Shown here piece by piece: positions 63,801 to 64,000 of a stretch of DNA of 64,000 nt (position 1 is its first letter; every line of letters starts with the position of its first letter). The translations under genes were made by a program, and so were the position numbers. The stretch is from Alphaproteobacteria bacterium (GTDB taxonomy: Bacteria; Pseudomonadota; Alphaproteobacteria; SP197), in NCBI GenBank assembly GCA_964291265.2, contig OZ219747.1, positions 1,664,001-1,728,000 of the forward strand, written 5' to 3'. The notes beneath the pieces are model-generated. The model did not search any database and was not told the DNA's origin. It worked only from the letters and a program-made list of their open reading frames with translations.

Positions 63801-64000
63801 GCAGCCGCAACGCCTTCCTCAACGGCGCCAACTGGTAGGCGTCGATCCTCACCCCTGCCCGGAACGGCGCCTGGAAGAGATCGGGGTCCGTTGCCGTCAC
63901 ACAGTTCCAGGAAAGCGCACGCAGCCAGGCGGCAAAGAGGGCCGGTTCGTCGAAGCCGTTCCGGGCGACCGAGGACCAGCCGTCGTCTTCGAGGACGCGG
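60880..64000 (-). CDS. drmD: DISARM SNF2-like helicase DrmD (5' end outside the window)
   Basis: IADDVGLGKTIE, DEAH, LSATPHNG, TDAAREGLNLQ, WNPSRLDQRNGRIDR; frame open to the window edge. Confidence 0.92.
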   Translation of the reverse strand, partial: RVLEDDGWSSVARNGFDEPALFAAWLRALSWNCVTATDPDLFQAPFRAGVRIDAYQLAPLRKALRLPRVNLFIADDVGLGKTIEAGLIARELLLRRRIDRIVVCCPPSMLDQWHDEMEARFGLSFVILDRLYVTRMRRERGFSVNPWTTHSRFLISHRLLVDPTYASGLQDWLGELAPQSLLILDEAHNVAPSSGARYAIDSQITRAIRDIAPRFEHRLFLSATPHNGHSNSFSALLEILDPQRFCRGVPVLKSHLDDVLIRRLKSDIRELQGGFPKRTVRPVTIDHLPDDAPELRLAEMLEEYRSLREKRLSQESRSRQAAGALVIGGLQKRLLSSIDAFARTLAVHRRSVVRALEKEEPASTLSDGTHAELERLTVGVDGDEDLADTVPEEEDGDDPGDAREADQSERDLAELMETATAATSDGRCENTRVALTAELRSVDAMASIAETARYDPDPRAEAIIRWIDENMCSILSSERSTPPQWNDRRLLVFTEYEDTRRWLQGCLEEAIEHSDQASERIAAFTGRTSRQRREDIKHAFNTEPDSDPLRILIATDAAREGLNLQRHCHDLFHFDLPWNPSRLDQRNGRIDRKLQPAVEVICRYFVFRQRPEDRVLQVLVEKVERIREELGSVARVVENRIASSLGREGMRRDALDALTISIRSARADKHRRTVEEELESSRRRQDVLREEIDRLRNGLDRSRRHIGIAAEQFRDTLSMGLQLARAPGIRELDAETSEDAPQRFTFPAEDDALVRDAGWAAALDSLRARRQKGETLGEWRRRAAIRPVVFEDAGRLGDNAVHLHLEHRVAKRLLGRFTSQGLIHHDLSKACLTSTSDSIPRVLLLGRLAVYGPRAARLHEEIIAVAARWIEPDRRRGALEVYGRTGERTTLASLQSALDEVGRSRVPEKVSERLKEAAARDIKDLLPHLERRAREHEDTARERLGKRSEVEQKAMVELLERQRERIARAAKAAHEDEPQFDFDDAEQRQRQADLRAWQRRLEEIERERVSEPGRIAESFRVQASRLDPIGLVYLWPRSG

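Overview
High-GC, probably alphaproteobacterial window in two parts. About 1-23.7 kb is metabolic and transport backbone: a Zn alcohol dehydrogenase, a Tat-exported PotD-like binding protein, tRNA-Gly(GCC), a CitE-like lyase, GST, an enolase-superfamily enzyme, two non-heme Fe dioxygenases, an eroded amidohydrolase, a Dpp/Opp ABC system with an N,N-dimethylformamidase-beta-like gene, and a Liv-type ABC system. The Liv binding-protein gene carries three lesions: an IS1634-derived MITE, a frameshift and an ISNCY-like IS. About 24-64 kb is a nested mobile/defence region. It holds two independent insertions of a DUF4338-like/IS4 fusion element and a coupled recQ-topB pair. It also holds an integrase-less ~13.9 kb mobilizable unit bounded by a 28/29-bp direct repeat, encoding three RHH proteins, a giant MOBF relaxase-helicase and a membrane-anchored coiled-coil protein. 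The relaxase is split by a 5.3 kb IS21-derived transposon carrying a Zn-finger gene and a Toprim primase-like gene. Downstream lie two low-GC RX4H (HEPN-like) orphan genes, an IS630 relic and a class 1 DISARM operon running off the right edge. The best candidates for undescribed biology are the primase-carrying IS21 transposon, the relaxase-only integrated element and the HEPN-like pair. All family calls come from motifs recognised by eye; no searches were run.
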